DNA from: Verrucomicrobiota bacterium
GTDB lineage: Bacteria; Verrucomicrobiota; Verrucomicrobiia; Chthoniobacterales; UBA10450
Length of the DNA stretch: 44,113 bases
Assembly: GCA_003217895.1 (NCBI GenBank)
Contig: QHMS01000254.1
Location: forward strand, 1 to 44,113
Direction: 5' to 3'
Under the pieces are notes generated by a model. It was not told where the DNA came from and searched no databases. It worked only from the letters and a program-made list of their open reading frames with translations. Every line of letters begins with the position of its first letter. Positions within the stretch are counted from its first letter, which is position 1. The translations under genes were made by a program, and so were the position numbers. This document shows, piece after piece, positions 25,548 to 34,967 of the stretch.

Positions 25548-27663
25548 TTATTGCGAGGCGACCGTGCGCGCGCTGGTTTCGAGCTTCTCCAAGAACATGC
25601 TTTTGGTGAGCAGTTCCGGAAAGACGATTGGCTCTTCGTTCCTCCCGGGATAAAGCACATAGAGAGGCACACCTGGCCTCCCAAAGTGCTGCAACAACTT
25701 CGTGATCACCGGATCGCCGTTGGTCCAATCTGCTTTCAATTTCACGATGCCATGACGTTGAAATGCCTCCCGCACCTCAGCACTCTCAAGCACGCTGGCT
25801 TCGTTAAATTTGCAGGTGAGACACCACGCCGCCGTGAAATCGACAAAAACAAAACGGCCTTGCTCTAGTTCCACTTGTAACCGTTCCGGCGTGAAGGCAT
25901 GCCAGTCGCCTCGGAGTCGCGAGTCAGCGGAAGCAATAGTCGCCGAGTGAAATTTGTTCCCGATGAAATAAACGCCGCTGCCGAGAACGAGGAGGAGGGC
26001 GAGGACGAGCACGACACTGCGTTTCGCCGCTGATGCGGTCGGTACAACGAACGCGCCTTTCATCCAGCACACGACACTGATTACGAGCAGAAAACAGCTC
26101 GCCCAGATTGCCCCTTCCAGACCGCGCTGGGCGCCGAGCACGTAAAGAAGAAACAGTAGCGTCGCCAACAGCAGAAAACCCATGAACTGCTTCACATGCA
26201 GCATCCACGGCCCTGGTCTTGGCAGAAATCGCAGCCAGGTAGGTTGAGCGCTCAGGAGCAAATACGGCGCGCTCATGCCGGCGGCGATGGCGATGAACAT
26301 TGCGAGGATAATCACGGGCGACTGCGTAAACGCGAAGCCAAGAGCGGTGCCAAGAAACGGCGCAGTGCACGGCGTGGCCAGCACCGTGGCGAAAACCCCT
26401 TGGAAAAATGAACCGAGAAGATCTTTGCGCTCGGTCGTCGAAAGCAAACCGCGCGTCATGCTTTGCGACAGTGAAATTTCGAAGACTCCAAAGAGATTCA
26501 GCGCGAATACCAGAACAATCACGCTCAACACCAGTACGAAATATGCATTGGTAAATTGAAATCCGCCCCAAGTGACGTCGCGCCCAGCGCCTTTGAGCGC
26601 AATCAGCAGCAGCGCAAGCGCGACGAACCAGGCGAAAATCCCAATTGTGAACGCGATGCCGCTCCGCAAAATTTTCTGCCGGCTCTGGCCCGCCTGTTGA
26701 ATGAATCCAAAAATCTTCAGCGAGATCACCGGCAACACGCACGGCATCAAATTCAAAATGATGCCGCCGATAAAACCGAAGAGCAGAAAAGTAAAAATTC
26801 CCCGACCCGGCGCCTGCGCAGTCGCGGAAAATGAAGCGGACAATCCTGTCTGCGCCCCTCCGATTGCGCTTGTCATCTGCCATGCCGATCGATCCTCCCC
26901 GTTTGGCTGCTGAGAAAAGATGACAAGGCCTGCCATGGACGACAAATTTTTCTCCGACGACTCAATCGGAATGCGAAAGACGATTTCATTTTTATTTCGC
27001 GATTCGATTCTTGGATGCCCGACGACGGTGCTTTGCTCCCAGACGGAGATCGGATCCAACCCGACTCCAATCGGCTGTCGCGACGCTCGCCCCCGGCCAG
27101 TTTTGCGGCAGCAAACGCCGATAACGCCCGAAGAGTTCCGTGTTTGCTGACTGGCTGTTTGTCGACACCGGCAATTCCAACTGCAATGTGGCGCCGCCAG
27201 GGATGCAGATTCTCTCACAGACCAGCCAGCTTGCATCGGCGGTAAGTTTCATGGACGAGCTGTCAAGCTTTACCGGTGGCGTAATTTCCTGCATAAGCAG
27301 GACTTCGTTTTCGTATCCGTAAGTTTGAATGTCGCCCGGATCGATTGTCTTCAGTGGAACCGGCCACTGTATCTCACCAACTTTCCATCCAGGCGGCAGT
27401 TTCCACTTCAATTCAGTGGGGAGGCCAGCGTCGCCGGAAAATTTCCAGTAAGTATGCCAGGCCGGAGCCATTCGCAGCAGCAACCCGACAGTAAACGGTT
27501 TGCCGGGAACAACTGCGTCCGTGTCGGCCAACAGCTCTCCCCTAACGAGTTGTTTTCCTTGATACTCCTGAGCGAGCCCCTGCGGCGCTAGCGCAAACAT
27601 TAGCCAGCAAAGCAACGAAGAAATCGCCGCTCTCAACGCAAGTCGCATACGATTAGGTAACAT
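25548..27663 (-). pseudogene. dsbD: thiol:disulfide interchange protein DsbD/ScsB family, apparent +1 frameshift
   Basis: N-terminal periplasmic domain (ASWLVCERICIPG) in one frame. The membrane core (LNLMPCVLPV, ATPCTAPFLG) and the C-terminal thioredoxin domain (DFTAAWCLTC) are in another frame. Removing one base from CCC at 27038-27040 gives a continuous ...WSRVGSDLRLEQSTVVGHPRIESRNKNEIVFRIPIE... Confidence 0.75.
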
Positions 27664-27690
27664 TCGCCCCTGCGTAAGGCAATCGGTCAC

Positions 27691-27774
27691 CTGTAGCCGC
27701 TTCGCTGCGCGAAGCGTGATGTTAGTGTTCCTATTCAAACGTGGCCTGCGTCGCCCACAGGGCGACGGCTACAG
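27691..27774. repeat. REPIN-like inverted doublet (CTGTAGCCG ... CGGCTACAG)
   Basis: Outer 9-bp arms at 27691-27699 and 27766-27774. Inner hairpins are CGCTTCGC-tgc-GCGAAGCG and CGTCGCCC-aca-GGGCGACG. Intergenic between the lipoprotein stop and the dsbD start. Confidence 0.75.
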
Positions 27775-27786
27775 ATGCGCCGCAAC

Positions 27787-28335
27787 CTATGGAACAAGAA
27801 AAATCTTATCGGTCCATGGATCTTTCACCTTGGTGCCCGGCGCAAAACCGCTGACATCGACATATCTTCCTTCGGTGTCGAACGGACTGAAGACGTAGCC
27901 CGATTTACCCGGCACCGCTTTTGCCGTTGGAAAATTTTCCTGTGCAGCCGAAGGGCGGGACGAACCAGTCTTTGAGGATTGCGCTGTCTCCTGACGCGTT
28001 GTACGCGAGATCCCACTCGAAGTCCGGCTTTGGCGGCGTTCGACTGCGGCCTGCGGGGGCATTGGTTGGCCAGGCTCGGGGACATCCGATGAAGTCGCCT
28101 CGGTGGTTCCGACCATTGTTGGTTCGCTACTCTTGCGCGTGGCATAATGCACAGGCGCGGTGGCAACACGATATGACCCGACTGCCACGGCCCGAGCCAC
28201 CTTGTAGGAGCCCACAGCAGCGCCACGGGTGACATGGTAAGACGTGTTAGCGACATCGTGGGTCGCCTGGCATCCGGCAAGAAACCCCGACACGACCACC
28301 AACACTCGCACAATAGCTTGCATTTTCGTTTTCAT
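27787..28335 (-). CDS. lipoprotein with conserved C-terminal ...KDPWTDKIFLVP module
   Basis: MKTKMQAIVRVLVVVSGFLAGC (lipobox), a low-complexity linker, and a C-terminal ~40 aa paralogous to the 7412-7804 product. Confidence 0.7.
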   Translation of the reverse strand: MKTKMQAIVRVLVVVSGFLAGCQATHDVANTSYHVTRGAAVGSYKVARAVAVGSYRVATAPVHYATRKSSEPTMVGTTEATSSDVPEPGQPMPPQAAVERRQSRTSSGISRTTRQETAQSSKTGSSRPSAAQENFPTAKAVPGKSGYVFSPFDTEGRYVDVSGFAPGTKVKDPWTDKIFLVP

Positions 28336-28353
28336 ACAGATGCCTTTTCTTCG

Positions 28354-29397
28354 CTATTCGTTCAATGATATTGATCTAACGTCACCAACAAAATCGGAGA
28401 TGTCCCTTTCAGTGGTGGCCCACGAACACATTAGACGGTAAACGTCGGGTTCGATAAATTTATAAAAACGCCAGCCGCGCGCCTGGAGCCCCTTGGCCAG
28501 TCGCTCACGCATTGAGCCAAACATCGCGTTTGCCTCGACTGGAAATACACTCTGGATCCCTGCCTCTTTTTCCAGCCGGTCCGCAAGTCGGCGCGCCGCA
28601 TCATTGGCATGCTGCGCGTTTCGCCGCCAGACATCACCGGTCAAAAGACCCAGCCACGGCGCAGCGAGAAAACGCATCTTCGATCCGAGGTGCCCGGCTT
28701 GTTTCGTTCTGTAATCAAATTCGCATGAGATCTCCTTGTCGAAAAAAATCACCAACTCGCCGGCAGCCGCTCCATTTTTTGTCCCTCCAAAACAGAGAAC
28801 GTCCACTCCAGCCTCCCATGTGATTGCTTTGGGCGCGCAGTTAAGCGATGCGATTGCATTGGCGAAACGCGCGCCGTCCATGTGCAGAAACAGTCGGTGC
28901 GTGCGCGCCAGGTCACCGATCGCCGCAATTTGGTCGCTCGTGTAAACCGTTCCGAACTCCGTTGCTTGTGAAATGCTGATCGCGCCGGGCTTATGTGAAT
29001 GCAGCTCGTTATGGCGGGCCAGCAGTGCTTCCACCTGATCGATGTCGATCTTGCCGTCAGCACCGCGAACCAAAAGCAGTTTTGATCCCCCGGTGAAAAA
29101 TTCAGGCGCACCGCATTCGTCGGTCTGAAGGTGAGCATGCTGATGACAGATCACGCTCTGGAACGACTTGCACAGTTGTGCGAGTGCCAGCGCGTTAGCT
29201 GCCGTTCCGGTCAAGACAAAATAAACATCGCAGTTGGTCTCAAAGATTTCACGGACTCGATCGCACACGCGCGCAGTCCACCTGTCCTCGCCATACGATG
29301 GCGCGAAATGTGCATTGGCCTCCTGCAATGCGGCCCAGGACTCCGGACAAATCGGCGCGACGTTATCGCTCGAAAATTCATGGCGCTCAACGATCAT
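28354..29397 (-). CDS. ltaE: low-specificity L-threonine aldolase (PLP-dependent)
   Basis: 347 aa. Beta-eliminating-lyase/threonine aldolase pattern: SDNVAP..., TGTAANALAL, and the FGGTKNG PLP-lysine block. Confidence 0.75.
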   Translation of the reverse strand: MIVERHEFSSDNVAPICPESWAALQEANAHFAPSYGEDRWTARVCDRVREIFETNCDVYFVLTGTAANALALAQLCKSFQSVICHQHAHLQTDECGAPEFFTGGSKLLLVRGADGKIDIDQVEALLARHNELHSHKPGAISISQATEFGTVYTSDQIAAIGDLARTHRLFLHMDGARFANAIASLNCAPKAITWEAGVDVLCFGGTKNGAAAGELVIFFDKEISCEFDYRTKQAGHLGSKMRFLAAPWLGLLTGDVWRRNAQHANDAARRLADRLEKEAGIQSVFPVEANAMFGSMRERLAKGLQARGWRFYKFIEPDVYRLMCSWATTERDISDFVGDVRSISLNE

Positions 29398-29656
29398 CTC
29401 GGCTGTTTGCTACGCGAGTTTTTGCGCCGGATCAATCAGCACACAAGAGATTGCCTGACAGTTCGAGCCCTGGGCCTCCGAAGTCTGCCAGGCAAATCTC
29501 TCTCCACTTGCTCCCCAAATTTTGCATGCAGCAGTTTCATTTCTTATTTCGGCCACAAGCCGCCAAATGAGTGTCTCTACAGGTAAATTATTTCGCGCCC
29601 GGAGAGAGACCCTGCTTCCATTTTGCCTAAGGCACAGGGGCAGAGTAATTTCGTAA

Positions 29657-32600
29657 ATGACGGCGCTCCAAAGCGAAATTGAGCGGCGCGGCAAGCGCGT
29701 TTTCGAGCTGGTCGATAAATACCGGGAGCCACTTTTCAGCAAGGCGGGATTTTATCAGCGTCTTATGACACTCTCGATGCATGATGAGCAATTCAAGACG
29801 CAACTGTTTCGGTTCGTTGCCGTTCTGCCCTCACTGCGCCGATCGACTGAGATTGTCCAGCATCTCGAACAATATTTTAGTGATACCGACAACGGTTTCC
29901 ACCCGCTCGTTGGCATTGGCGTTGGCGTTGCGCGCCTCGTTCCATGGATAAGCGCCCCGATCCTACGTTGGAACGTTTCCGAAACGGCGCGGCAGTTTAT
30001 TGCGGGGCGAAATCCGGATGAAGTCATAGCGACATTGCGCAAGCGGCGGGCACAAAAAATCGGCTTTACCGTCGATGTTCTGGGCGAAGCTGTTGTGAGC
30101 GAAGCCGAAGCAAATGAATATGCAGCGCGTTACCTGGATTTATTGGACAAACTGGCGCGCGAAACAAGAAACTGGACCGATCCGCCGGGAAAAAATGCGG
30201 AGCTTTTCCCGGTCGTAAATCTCTCGGTCAAAGTCTCCGCGCTTTATTCGCAAATGAATCCGGCCGCCCCGGCCGATGCTATTGCTCATCTTGGGACCAA
30301 GCTTCGGCCGCTCCTCCGCCGCGCATGCGAGCTCGGTGCATTCATTAATTTTGATATGGAAAGTTATGCGCTTAAAAATACGACTCTCGAGCTGTTCAAA
30401 ACCATTCTCACTGAAGAGGAGTTTAGAGATTGGCCGCATGCCGGGATTGTCATCCAGGCGTACCTGCGAGATGCGGAGCGCGATTTGTGCGACCTGATCG
30501 AATGGGGCCGCGCACGGAGCACGCGTTTCACAGTCAGATTGGTGAAAGGCGCATACTGGGATTACGAAACAATGAAATCGGGCCAGAACGGATCACATTC
30601 TCCGGTCTTTCTTCAGAAGCCCGAGAGTGACGCAAATTTCGAGGGGCTGACGCGCGTGCTGTTCGAAAATGAATCCATCGTCACCGCTGCGTTCGGGTCG
30701 CACAATGTCCGCAGCATCGCACATGCGCAGGCGGTCGCGGACGAACTCGGGATTGATCCCAGCCGCTTCGAGTTTCAACTGCTTTACGGGATGGCGGGCC
30801 CGATCAAACGCGCACTGGTGGAAATGAGCTATCGCGTCCGCGAATACTGTCCTATCGGTGAATTGCTCCCCGGGATGGCCTATCTGGTTCGGCGCCTGCT
30901 TGAGAACACCTCGAACGAAGGATTTTTGCGGGCAAAATTTGCCGAGAATGTGCCGGCGAAAGAATTGCTGCGCGATCCAAGAGAGCTCATCAAACCGAAT
31001 GGAGCCAGCCGAACGCAATCATCGAGCCCGGCTGTGGCGGAAAATCAGCACAGCGAAAATGGCACTTCACTTCAGGCAACACCCGCCGATATTTTCAAAA
31101 ACGCACCGCTTGTGAGTTTCATTTACAAAGACAACCAGGAGAAAATGCAGAGCGCGCTGCGCGAAGTGCGCAAACGCTTCGGCGGAAAGTATCCACTCGT
31201 CATCGGTGGCGAAAAAGTCTGGACGGATGAGTTAACACCTTCAGTAAACCCGAGCGCTCCGAACGAGATTGTCGGTTACGGATCGGAAGCAGGAATTCCC
31301 GAAGCCGAACGTGCCGTGAAAGCTGCGCGCGCAGCATTTGGCAAATGGAGCCGGACGCCTTTTGAAGAACGAGCGCGCTTGCTGGAGCGCGCCGCGGACA
31401 TCCTGGAGCGCCGACGGTATGAACTCTCAGCAGTTGAAGTCTTCGAAGTAGGCAAACCCTGGAACGAAGCGGATGCAGATATCCGTGAGGCGATCGATTT
31501 TTGTCGCTTCTATGCGCATGAGATACGCCGCTTGGGACGTCCCAAGCTCACGCAGCAGGTTCCCGGTGAAGAAAGCTATCACCACTACTGGCCGCGCGGC
31601 GTCGCGTTCGTGATTGCGCCGTGGAATTTTCCCATCGCGATTCTTTGCGGAATGGCGTCGGCCGCAGTCGTAACGGGCAACACCGTGATCATGAAACCAT
31701 CCGAGCAATCGATCATCTGCGGCGCGATGCTGATGCAGGTCTTCGAGGAAGCGGGCGTTCCGTCAGGTGTCTTGAATTTCCTGTCCGGACACGGCTCCGT
31801 TATCGGCGCGCACTTGGTTGATCATAAAGATGTCGATCTTATCGCGTTCACCGGTTCGCGCGAAGTTGGTTTAAGAATCTGGCAATCGGCAGGTGTGACG
31901 CGACCTGGTCAGCGCGAGCTCAAACGTGTGATTTGCGAAATGGGCGGCAAGAACGCGATGATCGTCGATACCGACGCTGATCTTGATGAAACGATCACGT
32001 ATTCCATCTATTCCGCATTCGGTTATCAGGGGCAGAAATGTTCTGCGCTCTCCCGCCTGATTCTTCTGGATACGTGATCGTTTCATCAAGATCAGCGTCG
32101 GTATCGACGATCATCGCGTTCTTGCCGCAGCCAGTCTGCGCGTCGGCAATCCTGAAGAACCGGGGATCATGGTCGGCCCCGTGATCGATGAGGCGGCTTA
32201 CCGGCGCATTCTGGAATACATCGAGATCGGTAAAAAGGAGGCGACGCTTGCCTATCAAGCAAAGGAGGTCCCGCCGCGGGGTTATTTCATTCCGCCGACG
32301 ATTTTTACTGACGTGAAACCAAACATGCGCATCGCGCGCGAAGAAATTTTCGGCCCGGTGCTGAGCGTCATCAAGGCGCGCGATCTCGATGAAGCAATCA
32401 CCATTGCCAACAGCACTGATTACGCCTTGACCGGCGGCTTTTTCTCGCGCAGCCCGGCAAACATCGAACGCGTCAAAGCACAACTGGAGGCGGGAAATGT
32501 GTATATCAATCGCTCGTGCACCGGCGCGATTGTTGGACGTCATCCCTTTGGAGGATTCAAAATGAGCGGCAGCGGCACCAAGGCCGGTGGCGAAGATTAT

Positions 32601-32717
32601 CTCCTGCACTTCCTGGTTCCGCGCGTGGTGACCGAAAACACTAGTCGGCTCGGTCTTGTGCCAGAAAAGACACCGGAATATCGCGAAGAATTTCTCTGGC
32701 CGAAGCCGCAACGGTAG
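29657..32717 (+). pseudogene. putA: bifunctional proline dehydrogenase / L-glutamate-gamma-semialdehyde (P5C) dehydrogenase, disrupted inside the ALDH domain
   Basis: ORF 29657-32077 carries the PRODH domain and the ALDH domain up to the catalytic FGYQGQKCSALSRL. It then stops at TGA 32075. The rest of the ALDH domain (SLRVGNPEEPGIMVGPVIDE ... GGFKMSGSG) continues in another frame to 32717. The break coincides with the right arm of a 59-bp inverted duplication. Confidence 0.8.
31944..32128. repeat. perfect 59-bp inverted repeat (arms 31944-32002 and 32070-32128, 67-bp spacer) inside putA
   Basis: Base-by-base check: the reverse complement of 31944-32002 (gcggcaagaacgcgatgatcgtcgataccgacgctgatcttgatgaaacgatcacgtat) is identical to 32070-32128. 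The flanking bases on both sides do not pair. Confidence 0.95.
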
Positions 32718-32738
32718 CCGCTCGAAACAGCCGCGCGA

Positions 32739-33077
32739 TCAATTCAGCGGGCGGCCTTTGCTCAACAATTTCACCACCGTCACAATCATGTAAAGCACTG
32801 GCCACGCCGAGGTTAGGACAAGCAACGCAAACACCGCCATCTCCTTTGCTCGTTCCCGCGCTGCTTCGATCCGATATTCGCGTCCTAAATTGTAAAAATT
32901 CCTGTAACGCGATCGATCCTCTCCATCGTAAGGCCAGAAATTCCCTCCATGCCATTGACCAAAACCGGAATGAAAAAAATAGTCCGTCTGCGGAAATTGT
33001 CCTTTTCCGCCCGTGGAAGGACTCCTCGGTTTCATAGCCTCTGACCCAGCACTCCAGTGGGAACTGCCAACTATCAT
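32739..33077 (-). CDS. hypothetical protein with C-terminal membrane anchor
   Basis: 112-aa ORF with Trp/Tyr/Gly-rich soluble part and a C-terminal helix (MAVFALLVLTSAWPVLYMIVTVV). The start may be the internal ATG (MKPRSP...). No family recognised. Confidence 0.4.
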   Translation of the reverse strand: MIVGSSHWSAGSEAMKPRSPSTGGKGQFPQTDYFFHSGFGQWHGGNFWPYDGEDRSRYRNFYNLGREYRIEAARERAKEMAVFALLVLTSAWPVLYMIVTVVKLLSKGRPLN

Positions 33078-34895
33078 ACCACGTTAAAAAAAGGAGTCAG
33101 CCTGAAAAAATGGCTTCCGATTACACGAAAGCAGCGAAACACTCAAAACGTGGAAATCAAAACGGCATCTTATCGCGCTGGCAGGCTGTTGGTAAGGCTG
33201 CTGTTTGGCTGCGTCGCACGCGTCCGTGTGCTCAGACCTGAGAATTCAAATCTGGCCGGCGGATTTTTGCTGGCGGCGAATCATATCAGTCATTTCGATC
33301 CGTTTCTCATATCACTGGCCGTGCGACGGAAAATCGATTGGATGACCATGGCGGAATTCTTTCGCCTTCGAATGCTGGGATTTCTCTTGCGCGCGATCGA
33401 CGCTTTCCCGGCGGAGCGGGATCGGGCTGACCTCAAAACGATTCGCACCGCAATCGAGCGGCTGAAGGGCGGACGCGTCGTTGGATTATTTCCAGAGGGC
33501 GGCATTCGTGATGGAACGCGTTCGTTGCTCGAAGGCGCACCGCTCCGGCCAGGCGGATCGACGCTCGCTCAGATCGCTGGCGTTCCGGTTTTGCCATGCG
33601 TGATCTTAGGGAGCGATCGTCTCTACTCAAAAAGACAGTGGCTGCCATTTCGGCTCACGACGATCTGGATTGCCTTCGGCAATCCGATCTCACATTTTCC
33701 CGAGCTGCAAAAATCGCACGCGCGCGAGCAGATCGAATCCGAATTGACGACCGCATTCAAGAATCTCTACACGGAATTGCGCGAAAAATTTCGACTCACG
33801 GCGGATGATCTTCCGCATCCGCCGCGTGAACGAATGAAGCGTTGTAGGGCAAGCGGTCGCCGCGGCGACCCTGCCACCCCTGCAAACGGCAACCGGAGCG
33901 GTTGCTCTGCAATTCGCCGGAATGGAATTCACCGTTTCGCCGCAGGCGGAATCGATGCATGTCTATGCGCATCGATCAATTTGCTTCATACCCGGCATCG
34001 GCTGAATCCCGACGAGTCGGGACGAGAGATGGCGCGTTACGTAGCAGAATGCGAGCGGCTCACCCCGCAGGAATATTACGCCGCGCCGTACGAACCGAAT
34101 CTCGCGAAGACGCTTGTAAACGGACATGCGACGATGGCGTGGAACAGCCCGATTAGGACACGTTTTGCAGCGAACAACATCGCTCACGCGGAATTCTTCC
34201 GGTGCGCACAAGGCATTCGCGCGCCCACGGTGTTGCTACTGCACGCGCTCATGTCTACCGGTCGCGCCGGGCATCGCCGTTGGGCAGAACGCGTCAACGA
34301 ACTTGGTTGGAACGCTTGTTTTCTTCACCTCCCTTATCACTTTTCGCGGGTCCCGAGTGGTTATTGGAATGGCGAACTTGCGATCACCTGCGATCTCATT
34401 CGCAATGCGGAAGGTTTGCGCCAGGGGGTGATCGAATTGCGGCAGTTGATGAGCGCATTGCGGGAACGTGGTTGCCGCGAGTTCGCCGTGCTCGCCACCA
34501 GTTACGGCGGATGGATCGGCGCGTTGCTAACGCTGGTGGAGAGTGATTTTCGTTTCGTCGCGTTAATGTCGCCAATCGTAAACGTCGAGCACGCCATCTG
34601 GCAAAGCCCGGCTGCGCGTCGCATTCGTCGCGAATTGCGCCAAGCCAATATCGAGCCGTCTCTCGTTTCCCGGCATTTTCATCTGAGCTCACCGTTGCAC
34701 ACTCAGCCGCTCTGTGATCCGGCTCGCGTTCTATTTGTGACCGGTGAATTCGATTCGATCGCGCCAGCCTGCGAGATTGAAGCGATTCAGCAGAAATGGC
34801 GCGGCTCAGAATTGTTACGAGTGCAACAGGGACACTTCGGCCATCGCATGATGCCCGAAACAATCGCCCGATTAAAACAGCGCAGTGATTTGTAA
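33057..34895 (+). CDS. fusion ORF: PlsC-type acyltransferase domain + alpha/beta hydrolase domain
   Basis: The N-terminal domain has ANHISHFDP (HX4D) and FPEGG. The C-terminal ~290 aa have an alpha/beta-hydrolase pattern (LLLHALMS..., nucleophile elbow ATSYGG). The linker (about 33842-33905) is a REP-like palindrome read in-frame. The start is uncertain. The listed start is GTG, and GTG 33150 is a further in-frame candidate. An SD-preceded ATG at 33110 is in a different frame and is flanked by A7 and A6 runs. Confidence 0.65.
   Translation: MGTANYHTTLKKGVSLKKWLPITRKQRNTQNVEIKTASYRAGRLLVRLLFGCVARVRVLRPENSNLAGGFLLAANHISHFDPFLISLAVRRKIDWMTMAEFFRLRMLGFLLRAIDAFPAERDRADLKTIRTAIERLKGGRVVGLFPEGGIRDGTRSLLEGAPLRPGGSTLAQIAGVPVLPCVILGSDRLYSKRQWLPFRLTTIWIAFGNPISHFPELQKSHAREQIESELTTAFKNLYTELREKFRLTADDLPHPPRERMKRCRASGRRGDPATPANGNRSGCSAIRRNGIHRFAAGGIDACLCASINLLHTRHRLNPDESGREMARYVAECERLTPQEYYAAPYEPNLAKTLVNGHATMAWNSPIRTRFAANNIAHAEFFRCAQGIRAPTVLLLHALMSTGRAGHRRWAERVNELGWNACFLHLPYHFSRVPSGYWNGELAITCDLIRNAEGLRQGVIELRQLMSALRERGCREFAVLATSYGGWIGALLTLVESDFRFVALMSPIVNVEHAIWQSPAARRIRRELRQANIEPSLVSRHFHLSSPLHTQPLCDPARVLFVTGEFDSIAPACEIEAIQQKWRGSELLRVQQGHFGHRMMPETIARLKQRSDL
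33842..33905. repeat. intragenic REP-like element in the interdomain linker
   Basis: TTGTAGGG ... CCCTGCAA outer arms (1 mismatch) around the 16-nt palindrome GGTCGCCGCGGCGACC (33855-33870). A second hairpin follows, GCAACCG-gag-CGGTTGC (33889-33905). Confidence 0.55.
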
Positions 34896-34900
34896 ATAAG

Positions 34901-34918
34901 CCCCGAAAGCTTTCGGGG
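34901..34918. terminator. hairpin between convergent genes
   Basis: The palindrome CCCCGAAAGCTTTCGGGG lies 6 nt after the TAA of the fusion ORF. A second hairpin, TCCGCC...GGCGGA, follows. The region sits between convergent stops at 34895 and 34968. Confidence 0.4.
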
Positions 34919-34967
34919 TAGTCCGCCGTTTAAGAGGGGGCGGATTGGAAACCCGCCCTTCCTTGAG

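Noticed and set aside
25924-26883. 319-aa ORF on the minus strand in an alternative frame of dsbD. Similar long shadow ORFs occur at 41110-41748, 19731-20303, 21297-21860, 15756-16232 and 30593-31018.
   Set aside because: All lie entirely inside, or antisense to, genes with strong family signatures. Their products are Arg/Ala/Gly-rich low-complexity sequences typical of off-frame translation of GC-rich DNA, and none has a recognisable motif.
26992-27236. Programmed ribosomal frameshifting in dsbD or SRPBCC instead of a mutation or error.
   Set aside because: There is no slippery X-XXY-YYZ heptamer or downstream stimulatory structure. Both events are single extra bases in short homopolymers, and these families are not known to use recoding.
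29398-29656. Possible riboswitch or small RNA in the 259-bp divergent region upstream of putA. It contains GGAGAG...CTAAGGCACAGGGGCAGAG, superficially glycine-riboswitch-like.
   Set aside because: It lacks the conserved glycine-riboswitch core (for example the ACCGAAGGGGCAA-type segment and paired aptamer architecture). I could not fold a convincing conserved structure by eye.
32003-32069. Idea that the 59-bp inverted repeats flank an invertible 67-bp switch controlling putA.
   Set aside because: In the present orientation the spacer encodes the native catalytic-Cys block. Flipping it gives nonsense (PEESGGRAQNISAPDNRMRNRW). The gene is broken at the right arm in either orientation, and no recombinase gene is nearby.
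31995-32711. 238-aa minus-strand ORF whose C-terminal part (...GKNAMIVDTDADLDETITY, followed by a short off-frame tail) duplicates a putA peptide.
   Set aside because: It is an artefact of the 59-bp inverted duplication. The rest of the ORF is antisense to the ALDH domain and has no independent support.
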